Below are positions 18,874 through 27,568 of a stretch of 28,649 nucleotides of DNA, piece by piece. The DNA lies in NCBI GenBank assembly GCA_043813605.1, contig JBDRKX010000085.1, forward strand, positions 1 to 28,649, given 5' to 3'. Position 1 is the first letter of the stretch. Each line of letters begins with the position of its first letter. The DNA comes from Elusimicrobiota bacterium. Its GTDB lineage: Bacteria; CG03; SLGR01; JBDRKX01. The notes beneath the pieces were generated by a model. The model did no database searches. It was given only the letters and a program-made list of their open reading frames with translations, and was not told the origin of the DNA. The position numbers and the translations under genes were made by a program.

Positions 18874-19185
18874 CTATTCGAGAATTATTGTTTCACCCTC
18901 ATCCTCCAGCGCGCCTGAATAATCATCACGCACGGGAACCTCTTCTTTACTTTCTGCATTACTGATCTCAGCTAGATCTATAGTTATATCAGGATCGATC
19001 CCGGTTTCCGTCAACAAGTCATCTTCCCGGGATCCATCCTCCCTGTCAGGCAATTCAAGTACTGATCTCATCCTGACTCCGGGATCATCTGAACGTTTTT
19101 TCATATCTACTCCGATCATAGATATCAGGAATATTGTCAGAATAGAAAGAAAGAGTATAGCCCTCGTCTGCTTTATGGTAAACAT
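18874..19185 (-). CDS. Hypothetical small membrane-anchored acidic protein
   Basis: 103 aa, starting 1 nt after the cimA stop and co-oriented. One N-terminal hydrophobic helix (AILFLSILTIFLISMIGV) followed by an Asp/Glu-rich tail. Confidence 0.65.
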   Translation of the reverse strand: MFTIKQTRAILFLSILTIFLISMIGVDMKKRSDDPGVRMRSVLELPDREDGSREDDLLTETGIDPDITIDLAEISNAESKEEVPVRDDYSGALEDEGETIILE

Positions 19186-19186
19186 A

Positions 19187-20824
19187 TTATTTTTTCGTTT
19201 TCAAAGACAATCTTCTCCGGGCAGCCGTCTTATTGCCCGGTTTGCCGTTTCCATCCCTTATAAGTTTGTATTCGATACTGTCGGCGAGAGCCTTCCATGA
19301 GGCATCTATAATATTCTCAGAAACTCCTATACTACCCCACTCCCGTTTTTTGTCCATCGATTCAAGAAGCACCCTCACCTTTGCCGCCGTACCGGTGGTC
19401 CCATCAATAACCCTTACTTTAAAATCAGTAAGGCTCACATCTTTCAGGTCCGGATAGAATTTTTCCAGGGCTTTTCTAAGAGCATTATCAAGCGCGTTGA
19501 CAGGGCCGTCTCCGTCCGCAGCAGTATGTTCTTCAACACCGTTGACATTAACTCTAATAGTAGCTTCTGTACGCAGTTGACCTTTTGAATCCTTTTCCAC
19601 TATTACCCGGTATCCCTCCAGATCAAAGAATTTCCTGTAGGAGCCTGTTTCCTTTCTCATGAGAAGTTCGAATGAAGCCTCCGCACCCTCATACTGGTAT
19701 CCCTCATCCTCCAGTTTCTTTATCTTGCCAAGAAGTCTTTTTACTTTCTTATCGTCTTTTTTCAGATCAATGGCAAACTCTTTAGATTTAAAATCTATGT
19801 TACTGGCTCCGGCAAGTTCCGAAAGCAGTATTCTCCTTTTATTCCCGACCTCTTCAGGCTCTATATGTTCATAAGTCCGCGTATCTTTTCTCACCGCGCT
19901 CACGTGTATACCGCCTTTATGGGCAAAAGCAGAATTACCGACAAACGGCTGGTGGGAATGCGGGATCATGTTGGCTATTTCATCTACATACCTTGAGACT
20001 TCTGTCAATTTTATGATATTTCCGGCAGGCAGACATTTATACCCCATCTTGAGCTGAAGATTTGGTATTATTGAACACAGATTTGCGTTTCCGCATCTTT
20101 CACCATATCCGTTTATTGTACCATGCACCATTGAACAGCCTGCTCTTACAGCAGCGATACTGTTTGCAACCGCAACTTCACCATCGTTATGAGCATGTAT
20201 ACCGATAGGTATTTTGATCTCCCTCCTGACAGTTCTTACAGCCTGCTCCACCTCATACGGAAGGCATCCGCCGTTCGTTTCACACAAGGTTATGTTAGCA
20301 GCGCCGCCTTTCACAGCAGCATGCAGACATTTAAGTGCATAATCCGGATTATCTTTAAAACCGTCAAAAAAATGCTCCGCATCAAATATAACTTCGATTC
20401 CTTTGCTGGCGATATACTCAACGGATTCTTTTATCATCTTAAGGTTTTCCGTTTTAGTCGTGTTAAGTGCCTTTGAAACGTGCAGATCCCACGTCTTCCC
20501 GAAAATACAGCATGCTTGAGGCGTGACTTCAACTACTTTATTGAGTATCTTGTCTTTAGCTGGTGATATATTCTTCCGCCGAGTTGAAGTAAAGGCCGTT
20601 ATCCTGGAATTCTTCAATTCAAGTTTTTTTACCTTTTTGAAATACTTTACATCTTTCGGATTTGAACCCGGCCAGCCGCCTTCTATGTAATCTATTCCGA
20701 GCCAGTCAAGACGTTTCGTTATTTTCAGTTTATCTTCCGAAGAGAGAGATATCCCCTCTGCCTGGGTCCCATCCCTTAAAGTCGTATCAAGTATATATAT
20801 TTTTTTTATGTTCTTTTTTATCAT
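19187..20824 (-). CDS. cimA: Citramalate synthase (LeuA-related bacterial type)
   Basis: DTTLRDGTQAEG, YIEGGWPGSNPKD, DAEHFFDG, GERCGNANL, AFAHKGGIHVSA are the signature of the LeuA-related citramalate synthase clade. A separate leuA is present in the operon. Confidence 0.9.
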   Translation of the reverse strand: MIKKNIKKIYILDTTLRDGTQAEGISLSSEDKLKITKRLDWLGIDYIEGGWPGSNPKDVKYFKKVKKLELKNSRITAFTSTRRKNISPAKDKILNKVVEVTPQACCIFGKTWDLHVSKALNTTKTENLKMIKESVEYIASKGIEVIFDAEHFFDGFKDNPDYALKCLHAAVKGGAANITLCETNGGCLPYEVEQAVRTVRREIKIPIGIHAHNDGEVAVANSIAAVRAGCSMVHGTINGYGERCGNANLCSIIPNLQLKMGYKCLPAGNIIKLTEVSRYVDEIANMIPHSHQPFVGNSAFAHKGGIHVSAVRKDTRTYEHIEPEEVGNKRRILLSELAGASNIDFKSKEFAIDLKKDDKKVKRLLGKIKKLEDEGYQYEGAEASFELLMRKETGSYRKFFDLEGYRVIVEKDSKGQLRTEATIRVNVNGVEEHTAADGDGPVNALDNALRKALEKFYPDLKDVSLTDFKVRVIDGTTGTAAKVRVLLESMDKKREWGSIGVSENIIDASWKALADSIEYKLIRDGNGKPGNKTAARRRLSLKTKK

Positions 20825-20835
20825 CTATACTTCCT

Positions 20836-22062
20836 TTATTCACAAAAGGCTTTATGCAGAGCCTGCAGTGCTTCTTTGCCTTTCTTCTTTGAAACCACAC
20901 ATGATATCTTGATCTCTGAAGTAGATATCATCTCGATATTGATCTTATTGTCAGCAAGCACCCTGAACATCCTGGCAGCAACGCCTGCATGACTCTTCAT
21001 ACCAACACCGACTATAGAGACTTTATCTACATCTTCGTCTATTATCAGTTCATCAGCTTTGATTTTCTCTTTCACTTTTTTAAGTATCTCTTTTGCCTTA
21101 TCAAGCCACTGATGGTTTATTGAGAATGATATGTCATTTATACCGCTTTTGTACGCTGAAGACTGTATGATCATATCTACATTAATATTCTCATCAGCAA
21201 GCAATCCGAAAATGTCAGCAGCTATTCCCGGTTTATCCGGAACACCTATAAGAGACATCTTCACCTGATCTTCATCAAGTGTCACTCCTCTGACAACAAC
21301 CTGTTCCAGATCCTTTGTTTCTTTCTTTATCACTGTACCTGCTCCTTCACTATCTTCCTTCAAACTGGATTTCACATGCAGCTTGACATTAAATTTCTTC
21401 GCTACTTCCATTGCCCTTGAATTCATAACCTTGGCACCTGCCGAGGCCAGTTCCAGCATCTCGTCATAACTGATCTCATCGATCTTATGCGCTCCAGGGA
21501 CTTTTGACGGATCTGCAGTAAACACGCCTTCAACATCAGTGTATATCTGGCATTCCTTAGCATTAAGAACCGATGCAAGCGCTACGGCACTCAAATCGCT
21601 TCCGCCTCTTCCAAGTGTTGTAATATCCTCGTTCTCCGAGATACCCTGAAATCCCGCAACAATCACTATATTACCTGCATTGAGCGCATCGAATATCGTT
21701 GCTGTATCTATACTCTTTATACGAGCCATATTATGCGTAGTATCTGTAATTATTCCTACCTGCTGGCCGGTAAAGGATATCGCCTTACAGCCCATTCCTT
21801 TGATAGCCATTGCCACAAGGGATATTCCCTGCTGCTCGCCTGTAGCAAGAAGCACATCAAGCTCTCTTTCATCAGGTCTGGCAGATATGGAATAAGCCAT
21901 TTCCATCAGCTTGTCGGTAGTCTTACCCGGCGCAGAAACCACTGCCACCACATCATTGCCGGATTTCATTGCAGCTATTATACGTTTTGCTACATTCCTG
22001 ATCCTTTCGGCATCCCCTACAGATGTACCGCCGTATTTTTGTACTATTATCGGTTTACTCAA
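20836..22062 (-). CDS. lysC: Aspartate kinase (monofunctional, two ACT domains)
   Basis: VQKYGGTSVGD, TTLGRGGSD, YTDVEGVFTADP, STSEIKIS; TTG start with AAGGAG SD. Confidence 0.97.
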   Translation of the reverse strand: MSKPIIVQKYGGTSVGDAERIRNVAKRIIAAMKSGNDVVAVVSAPGKTTDKLMEMAYSISARPDERELDVLLATGEQQGISLVAMAIKGMGCKAISFTGQQVGIITDTTHNMARIKSIDTATIFDALNAGNIVIVAGFQGISENEDITTLGRGGSDLSAVALASVLNAKECQIYTDVEGVFTADPSKVPGAHKIDEISYDEMLELASAGAKVMNSRAMEVAKKFNVKLHVKSSLKEDSEGAGTVIKKETKDLEQVVVRGVTLDEDQVKMSLIGVPDKPGIAADIFGLLADENINVDMIIQSSAYKSGINDISFSINHQWLDKAKEILKKVKEKIKADELIIDEDVDKVSIVGVGMKSHAGVAARMFRVLADNKINIEMISTSEIKISCVVSKKKGKEALQALHKAFCE

Positions 22063-22175
22063 TTGTCTTTTTCTCCTTTTTCCGAAATCCTGAATTCAAT
22101 GTCTTTTTTCATGACCCCTTCGCCCAATACCGTGGCTGCGGCAGTTTCCGGCACTCATTATCCGAGGCACTTTTG

Positions 22176-22240
22176 TCATATAATATACTTATTATATGAA
22201 TATATTGCAATATCTCCGATAACTAATTCCGATAAATAAT
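22176..22240. promoter_or_regulatory. Palindrome and direct-repeat cluster in the divergent lysC/thrC promoter region
   Basis: Perfect inverted repeat TCATATAATA-TACT-TATTATATGA (22176-22199), perfect palindrome ATATTGCAATAT (22202-22213), and tandem TCCGATAACTAAT/TCCGATAAATAAT (22215-22240). Confidence 0.5.
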
Positions 22241-22414
22241 TCTTATGGACTATATTACACCCCTCTCAATGCGTTACACCCGCTGTATATGCGGCTTTAC
22301 CCGGCAGTTTTACCTGTAACCTTACTTGCGCTTTACTTGCAAATTTTATTTTTGTATATTTATGTAAATATATGCATATTATTTTTAACTATATAATCAA
22401 AGAGCGCCATCCGT

Positions 22415-23761
22415 ATGAAATACTACAGTACTAACCGCAAGGCTGATAAGGTAAACCTGACTGAAGCACTCTTTACCGGACAGGCCCCCGATAAGGGACT
22501 CTATATGCCTGAAGAAATACCTGTACTGACAAAAAAAGAGCTTATTTCAATAAAAGGCAGTACCTATCCTGAAATAGCAGAGTATATACTGGGGAAATAT
22601 ATGCTCGATACGTTTTCAAAGGAAACACTTAAAAACCTGTGTACGGATGCCTATGATTATGAAGTACCGCTCGAACACGTTTGCGGCAATAAATATGTAA
22701 TGCGTCTTGACCGCGGACCGACCGCATCATTCAAGGATTTTGCAGCAAGGATGATGGCGCGCCTTTTCGGGAACCTGATGAAAGATGAAACCAGGGAACT
22801 TGTCATACTTACGGCAACAAGCGGAGATACGGGGAGCGCAATAGCTCATGCTTTTTACAATATCCCTAATATAAAGGTTATGGTCCTTTTTCCGCCCGAC
22901 GAAGTGAGCAACCGGCAACGCAAGCAGATGACAACCCTCGGCAATAATATCACTATTGTAGGTATTGATGGAAAATTCGACGATTGCCAGGCACTTGTAA
23001 AAAAGGCGTTTACTGATACTGATCTTAATACGATCAGACTGACATCTGCAAATTCCATCAATATAGGAAGGGTTCTCCCTCAGATAGTCTATTATTTTTA
23101 TGCCTACTCCCAACTGGCTGAGAACACAGAAAGCGTGGTGTTTTCCATACCTTCGGGTAATTTCGGGAATATGATGGGAGCCCTCCTGGCAAAAAGGATG
23201 GGCCTGCCCGTAGAGAATATTGTAATCGCAACAAACGCTAATGATGAGGTACCGATCTACATGAGAACCTGCAAATATTCGAAAATATCCCCGTCCCTGG
23301 TCTGTTTGTCCAATGCTATGAATGTAGGACATCCGAGTAATTTTGTACGAGTTATCGATCTCTACGGCGGCCACATGGATGAGACTGGATTTATCCATAT
23401 CGAACCCGATCTGAAACGGATGAAAGACGAACTATGGACAATAAGTATAGATGATGATGAGACAAGGGATACAATAAAGACTGCATGGGAAAAACACAGA
23501 TTGCTGCTTGAACCTCACGGTGCCGTCGGCTGGGCGGGACTTAAACATTTTGCCGGCGAAACAGGATGCAGCAGTTTGATGATATCAGTAGAAACAGCTC
23601 ACCCGGCAAAATTCCCCGAAGAGATAGAAAAACTTCTCTCTTTCAATCCCGATGTACCGGAAAGCCTCTCTTTAATTGAAGACAAAAAAGAGGATTATAT
23701 CAGTCTTTCTAACGATTATGATTCATTCCGCAGTCTTTTGAAAGAGCATTACGCAAAATGA
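22415..23761 (+). CDS. thrC: Threonine synthase (long, E. coli/Bacteroidota-like type)
   Basis: MKYYSTN.., GPTASFKDFAAR (PLP lysine), ATSGDTGSA, SANSINIGR, PSGNFGN, ETAHPAKF. Confidence 0.97.
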   Translation: MKYYSTNRKADKVNLTEALFTGQAPDKGLYMPEEIPVLTKKELISIKGSTYPEIAEYILGKYMLDTFSKETLKNLCTDAYDYEVPLEHVCGNKYVMRLDRGPTASFKDFAARMMARLFGNLMKDETRELVILTATSGDTGSAIAHAFYNIPNIKVMVLFPPDEVSNRQRKQMTTLGNNITIVGIDGKFDDCQALVKKAFTDTDLNTIRLTSANSINIGRVLPQIVYYFYAYSQLAENTESVVFSIPSGNFGNMMGALLAKRMGLPVENIVIATNANDEVPIYMRTCKYSKISPSLVCLSNAMNVGHPSNFVRVIDLYGGHMDETGFIHIEPDLKRMKDELWTISIDDDETRDTIKTAWEKHRLLLEPHGAVGWAGLKHFAGETGCSSLMISVETAHPAKFPEEIEKLLSFNPDVPESLSLIEDKKEDYISLSNDYDSFRSLLKEHYAK

Positions 23762-24981
23762 AATACGTTCTGATCCTCGGAGACGGCATGGCGGACAATC
23801 CCGTACCGGAATTATCCGGAATGACGCCACTGATGAAAGCCCGCAAACCTTCCATCGACCATATTGCCAGGTACGGCCGCACAGGCAGATTCATAACTAT
23901 AGAACCTGATATGCCCACTGGTTCAGCAGTCGCCAATCTTTCTGTATTGGGCTATGATCCAAGAAAAGTGTTTCACGGCCGCGGTGTACTTGAAGCTGCC
24001 AGCCTTGGGATAGATCTTTCTCAAACTGATATGGCCATGAGGGCCAACCTGATATGTGTAAAAAACGGAAAAATTAAAAGTCACTCGGCAGGACATATCA
24101 CAGATGATGAAGCGCAACTTCTCATAGATGACCTCTCTAAATGTTTTTCCCGTATGGGCGTAAGCCTCTACCAGGGATTGAGTTACCGGCACCTTCTGGT
24201 GATCCCTGACGGGAACCCGGCACTTGAATGCGCACCGCCCCATGACCATCTTGATGAACAAACAGACGGACTCATGGTAAGACCGCTGACAGAAGATGCC
24301 GCCGATACCGCTCGACTTATCAATAAACTTATACAGGAATCTGCAGTTATTCTCAAATCTCATCCGGTGAACAAAAAAAGAAAAGCGGACGGCAAAGATA
24401 CCGCAGATCTCATATGGCCCTGGTCACCAGGGACCAGACCGGACATGCCTACTTTTAATGAAAGATTCGGATTAAAGGGAGCAGCTATATCAGCAGTCGA
24501 CCTCATTAAAGGTCTTGCAGTTTATTCCGGTTTTGATGTGATCCCGGTTGACGGCGCTACAGGACTTTACGATACCAATTACGAGGGAAAAGCTTCAGCT
24601 TGTCTTGATGCCCTGCGGGACCATGATCTTGTATTTGTTCATGTAGAAGCTGCTGACGAAGCGAGTCATGAAAGAAATCTCGAACTGAAGATCCGCTGTA
24701 TCGAAGACCTGGACAGAAGACTGGTGCAGCCGGTGCTGAACGGCCTGAAAGATCTTTCGTCAGAGACCGTTGTAGCTGTGCTGCCTGATCATGCTACCCC
24801 TGTCGCCTGCGGCGCCCATACCCGCGATCCTGTACCTTTCGCTATAATGGATCCAAGGGAAAATCCGGACACAGTTGACAGGTTTGACGAAAAAAGCGTA
24901 ATGGACGGAAGTCTGGGTATTCTGAAAGGAAGTGAGTTTATAGAAACTTTTATCGGCCGGAACAGTTCCCGGCCCGGATGA
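23758..24981 (+). CDS. apgM: Cofactor-independent phosphoglycerate mutase-like protein (ApgM family; proposed homoserine kinase subgroup)
   Basis: LILGDGMAD, GSAVANLSVLGYDP, GRGVLEAAS, YRHLLV, PPHD, HVEAADEASH, PDHATP..HTRDPVPF. ATGA overlap with thrC. Confidence 0.88.
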   Translation: MKYVLILGDGMADNPVPELSGMTPLMKARKPSIDHIARYGRTGRFITIEPDMPTGSAVANLSVLGYDPRKVFHGRGVLEAASLGIDLSQTDMAMRANLICVKNGKIKSHSAGHITDDEAQLLIDDLSKCFSRMGVSLYQGLSYRHLLVIPDGNPALECAPPHDHLDEQTDGLMVRPLTEDAADTARLINKLIQESAVILKSHPVNKKRKADGKDTADLIWPWSPGTRPDMPTFNERFGLKGAAISAVDLIKGLAVYSGFDVIPVDGATGLYDTNYEGKASACLDALRDHDLVFVHVEAADEASHERNLELKIRCIEDLDRRLVQPVLNGLKDLSSETVVAVLPDHATPVACGAHTRDPVPFAIMDPRENPDTVDRFDEKSVMDGSLGILKGSEFIETFIGRNSSRPG

Positions 24982-26301
24982 TCAGCAGATCTCTTCTTCA
25001 GACTCGATCCTTATATAGACACTCTTTTTTTTAACTACATCCAGTCCGTTTATTTCCTCAAGTGATTTCTTAAGACTTCCCTCATTTGCTTTATGTGTCA
25101 CCATTAATATATGGACCTCATCTTCTGAAGAATAACCCTTCTGAAAACAGGATACAATAGATATGTTATTCATCCCGAGTATCCCGGATATCCTTGAAAG
25201 AACACCAGGCTTATCCACTGTCGTAAACCTCAGGTAATACTGGAATTCAAGTTCATCTATGCATAATACCTGCGTCTTATCATCTCCCGAAGTATGAATA
25301 TACGGTATATACGGTATATCTCCGGCAATATTATTGTTTATCTTCTGTGCAAGATAAATAACATCACTTACAACAGCAGAGGCGGCAGGATAGCGGCCGG
25401 CTCCTTTACCGTAGAACATCACCTGGCCTACCGCATCTCCTTTGACCAGTATACCGTTGTTCTCATAATTTACTGATGCCAGCATGTGCTCCTTCGGCAG
25501 AAGTGCAGGATGTATCCTTATCTCAACTGAATTCTCATGGCGTTTCATCACCGCAAGCAGTTTAATATTAAAACCGAACATATCTGTTGCATACTTGATA
25601 TCTACAAGCTGCATGTCTCCGATACCCTCGCAGTATATATCATTGAAGTCCACAGGATACGTGTTTATAACATTAGCAAGTATGCATATCTTATGGGCAG
25701 CATCCAGTCCGTTTATGTCCGCAGACGCATCAGGCTCGGCAAAACCTTCGTCTATCGCAGTTTCCAGCGCGGTCTCAAAAGTACTGTTGGATTTGCTCAT
25801 AACCGTCAGTATGTAATTTGTGGTACCGTTGAGAACTCCTTTTATTTCGTCTATCCTGTTTGCTATGAGTCCTTCGTTTATTCCCTGTATTACGGGTATA
25901 CCGCTGCCCACACTCGCTTCAAAATATATAAGGCAGTTATTCTTGCGCGCAAGAGAGAATATTTCCGGCCATCTGGTTGCAAGAAGCGCCTTATTCGCGG
26001 TAACTACATGTTTGGATTTTTTAAAAGATTCACTTATTATCTCAAATGCGAATTCAGGATTTCCTGTCAATTCCACCACAAGGGATATTTCATCATCATC
26101 TATGATATCCCTGAATTCCGTAGTGAAGATCTCTTCCGGGATTCCCAGGTCCTTTTTTAATTCCTGCCTGAGATCACACACCTTTTTTATTTTAACATCG
26201 CATCCGACTCTTGAGTTGATCGTCTCACTCTTCCTTTTTAGAAGATTGTATACACCCCCGCCTACGGTACCAAGACCTATAAGTCCTATATTAATAGTCA
26301 T
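24982..26301 (-). CDS. hom: Homoserine dehydrogenase with C-terminal ACT domain
   Basis: IGLIGLGTVGGG, VVTANKALLA, FEASVGSGIP, NGTTNYIL, DKPGVLSRIS. ATG 26301 with AGGTGA SD is preferred over 26328. Confidence 0.97.
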   Translation of the reverse strand: MTINIGLIGLGTVGGGVYNLLKRKSETINSRVGCDVKIKKVCDLRQELKKDLGIPEEIFTTEFRDIIDDDEISLVVELTGNPEFAFEIISESFKKSKHVVTANKALLATRWPEIFSLARKNNCLIYFEASVGSGIPVIQGINEGLIANRIDEIKGVLNGTTNYILTVMSKSNSTFETALETAIDEGFAEPDASADINGLDAAHKICILANVINTYPVDFNDIYCEGIGDMQLVDIKYATDMFGFNIKLLAVMKRHENSVEIRIHPALLPKEHMLASVNYENNGILVKGDAVGQVMFYGKGAGRYPAASAVVSDVIYLAQKINNNIAGDIPYIPYIHTSGDDKTQVLCIDELEFQYYLRFTTVDKPGVLSRISGILGMNNISIVSCFQKGYSSEDEVHILMVTHKANEGSLKKSLEEINGLDVVKKKSVYIRIESEEEIC

Positions 26302-26334
26302 TTCACCTGCTCTCCGTCCTGCATGCATAAATGT

Positions 26335-27555
26335 TCATCTCTGTGGACCTTCTTTAAGAAAAGCTCTCAGCCTCATAAGTGCATCATGTAATCTCTGAAA
26401 ATGCGTAACCATCGCGAACCTGACATAACCTTCGCCGAAGTCGCCGAAACCGATACCCGGCGCAACGGCAATACCGGTCCTCTGTATAAGCATCTGGGCA
26501 AACTCCAGTGAGCCTATATCACGGAAACCTTCCGGTTGTCTTGCCCACAGATACATTGTCGCCTTGGGCAGGTCTATCTGCCAGCCTATTTTCCCCATAC
26601 CTTCAACCAGTTTCTTCTGGCGGCGGCGGTATTCAGCCACAGTATCCCTGACTCCCTTCTGTGAACCGGTCATTGCTTTTACTGCGGATAACTGTATTGC
26701 TGTAAACACACCGTAATCCAGATAGGATTTGATCTTTTCCAGCGGTTTTAGGAATTCACTTCCACCCACACAATATCCTACGCGCCAGCCTGCCATATTA
26801 TATGTCTTTGAAAAAGAATGGAATTCCATACCCACATCCTTTGCGCCTTTCATCTCCATAAAAGAAGGCGCCCTGTAACCGTCGTATACTATCTCAGAGT
26901 ATGCATAATCATGACAGATAATGATATTATATGTTCTTGCAAACTCAATGACTTCATGAAAAAAACGCGTATCTTCCAATACGCCTGCTGTCGGGTTATT
27001 CGGGTAGTTTATGAACATGAGTTTTGCCTTTTTTGCAGTTTTTTCCGGTATATCCCTCAAATCCGGCACAAATCCGTTCTTTTCATTTATCAGCATATCA
27101 TAAGGAACCCCACCGGCAAGTATTATACCGTTGCGATGGACAGGATAGCATGGATTAGTGACCAGGGCTACATCACCCGGGTCCAGATATGCCATACAGA
27201 TATGGGCAATACCTTCTTTTGAACCTATGAGCGCAAGCACCTCGTTCTCATAGTCAAACTCGACACCCGTCTTTTTTTCATACCATTTTGCGATAGTCTT
27301 CCTGAATTTCGGCATTCCTTTTGCCTGAGGATACCGGTGCGTCCGCGGGTGGTTTAAAACAGTATCATGAAGCCTTTCAATTATATGTTCTGCCGTTGGT
27401 AGATCAGGATTACCCATACCCAGATCTATAACATCGAGTTTCTTGCTGGAAGCTTCTTTTTTCAGCACATCTATCGCGCCGAAAAGATACGGCGGCAACT
27501 GCTTCAGTTTGGCAGACGCTTCCACACTGACTTTCTTTCTCTTTTTATCTTTCAT
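26335..27555 (-). CDS. PLP-dependent aminotransferase class I/II (AlaC/YfdZ- or DapL-like)
   Basis: LPPYLF, IDLGMGNPD, GSKEG, NYPNNPT, SFSKTYNMAGWRVG, and KIKSYLDYGVFTAIQ (AlaC-like). The substrate cannot be determined from sequence. Confidence 0.9.
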   Translation of the reverse strand: MKDKKRKKVSVEASAKLKQLPPYLFGAIDVLKKEASSKKLDVIDLGMGNPDLPTAEHIIERLHDTVLNHPRTHRYPQAKGMPKFRKTIAKWYEKKTGVEFDYENEVLALIGSKEGIAHICMAYLDPGDVALVTNPCYPVHRNGIILAGGVPYDMLINEKNGFVPDLRDIPEKTAKKAKLMFINYPNNPTAGVLEDTRFFHEVIEFARTYNIIICHDYAYSEIVYDGYRAPSFMEMKGAKDVGMEFHSFSKTYNMAGWRVGYCVGGSEFLKPLEKIKSYLDYGVFTAIQLSAVKAMTGSQKGVRDTVAEYRRRQKKLVEGMGKIGWQIDLPKATMYLWARQPEGFRDIGSLEFAQMLIQRTGIAVAPGIGFGDFGEGYVRFAMVTHFQRLHDALMRLRAFLKEGPQR

Positions 27556-27568
27556 AGTTTATAATTTA

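Noticed and set aside
22063..22175. Riboswitch (lysine, ppGpp/ykkC, cobalamin) or T-box upstream of lysC
   Set aside because: The leader is short, and I could not find the lysine aptamer, ykkC core, B12 box or T-box consensus. Only a weak ACTGCCGCAGCCACGGTA resemblance to part of a cobalamin element is present. An Rfam cmscan would be decisive.
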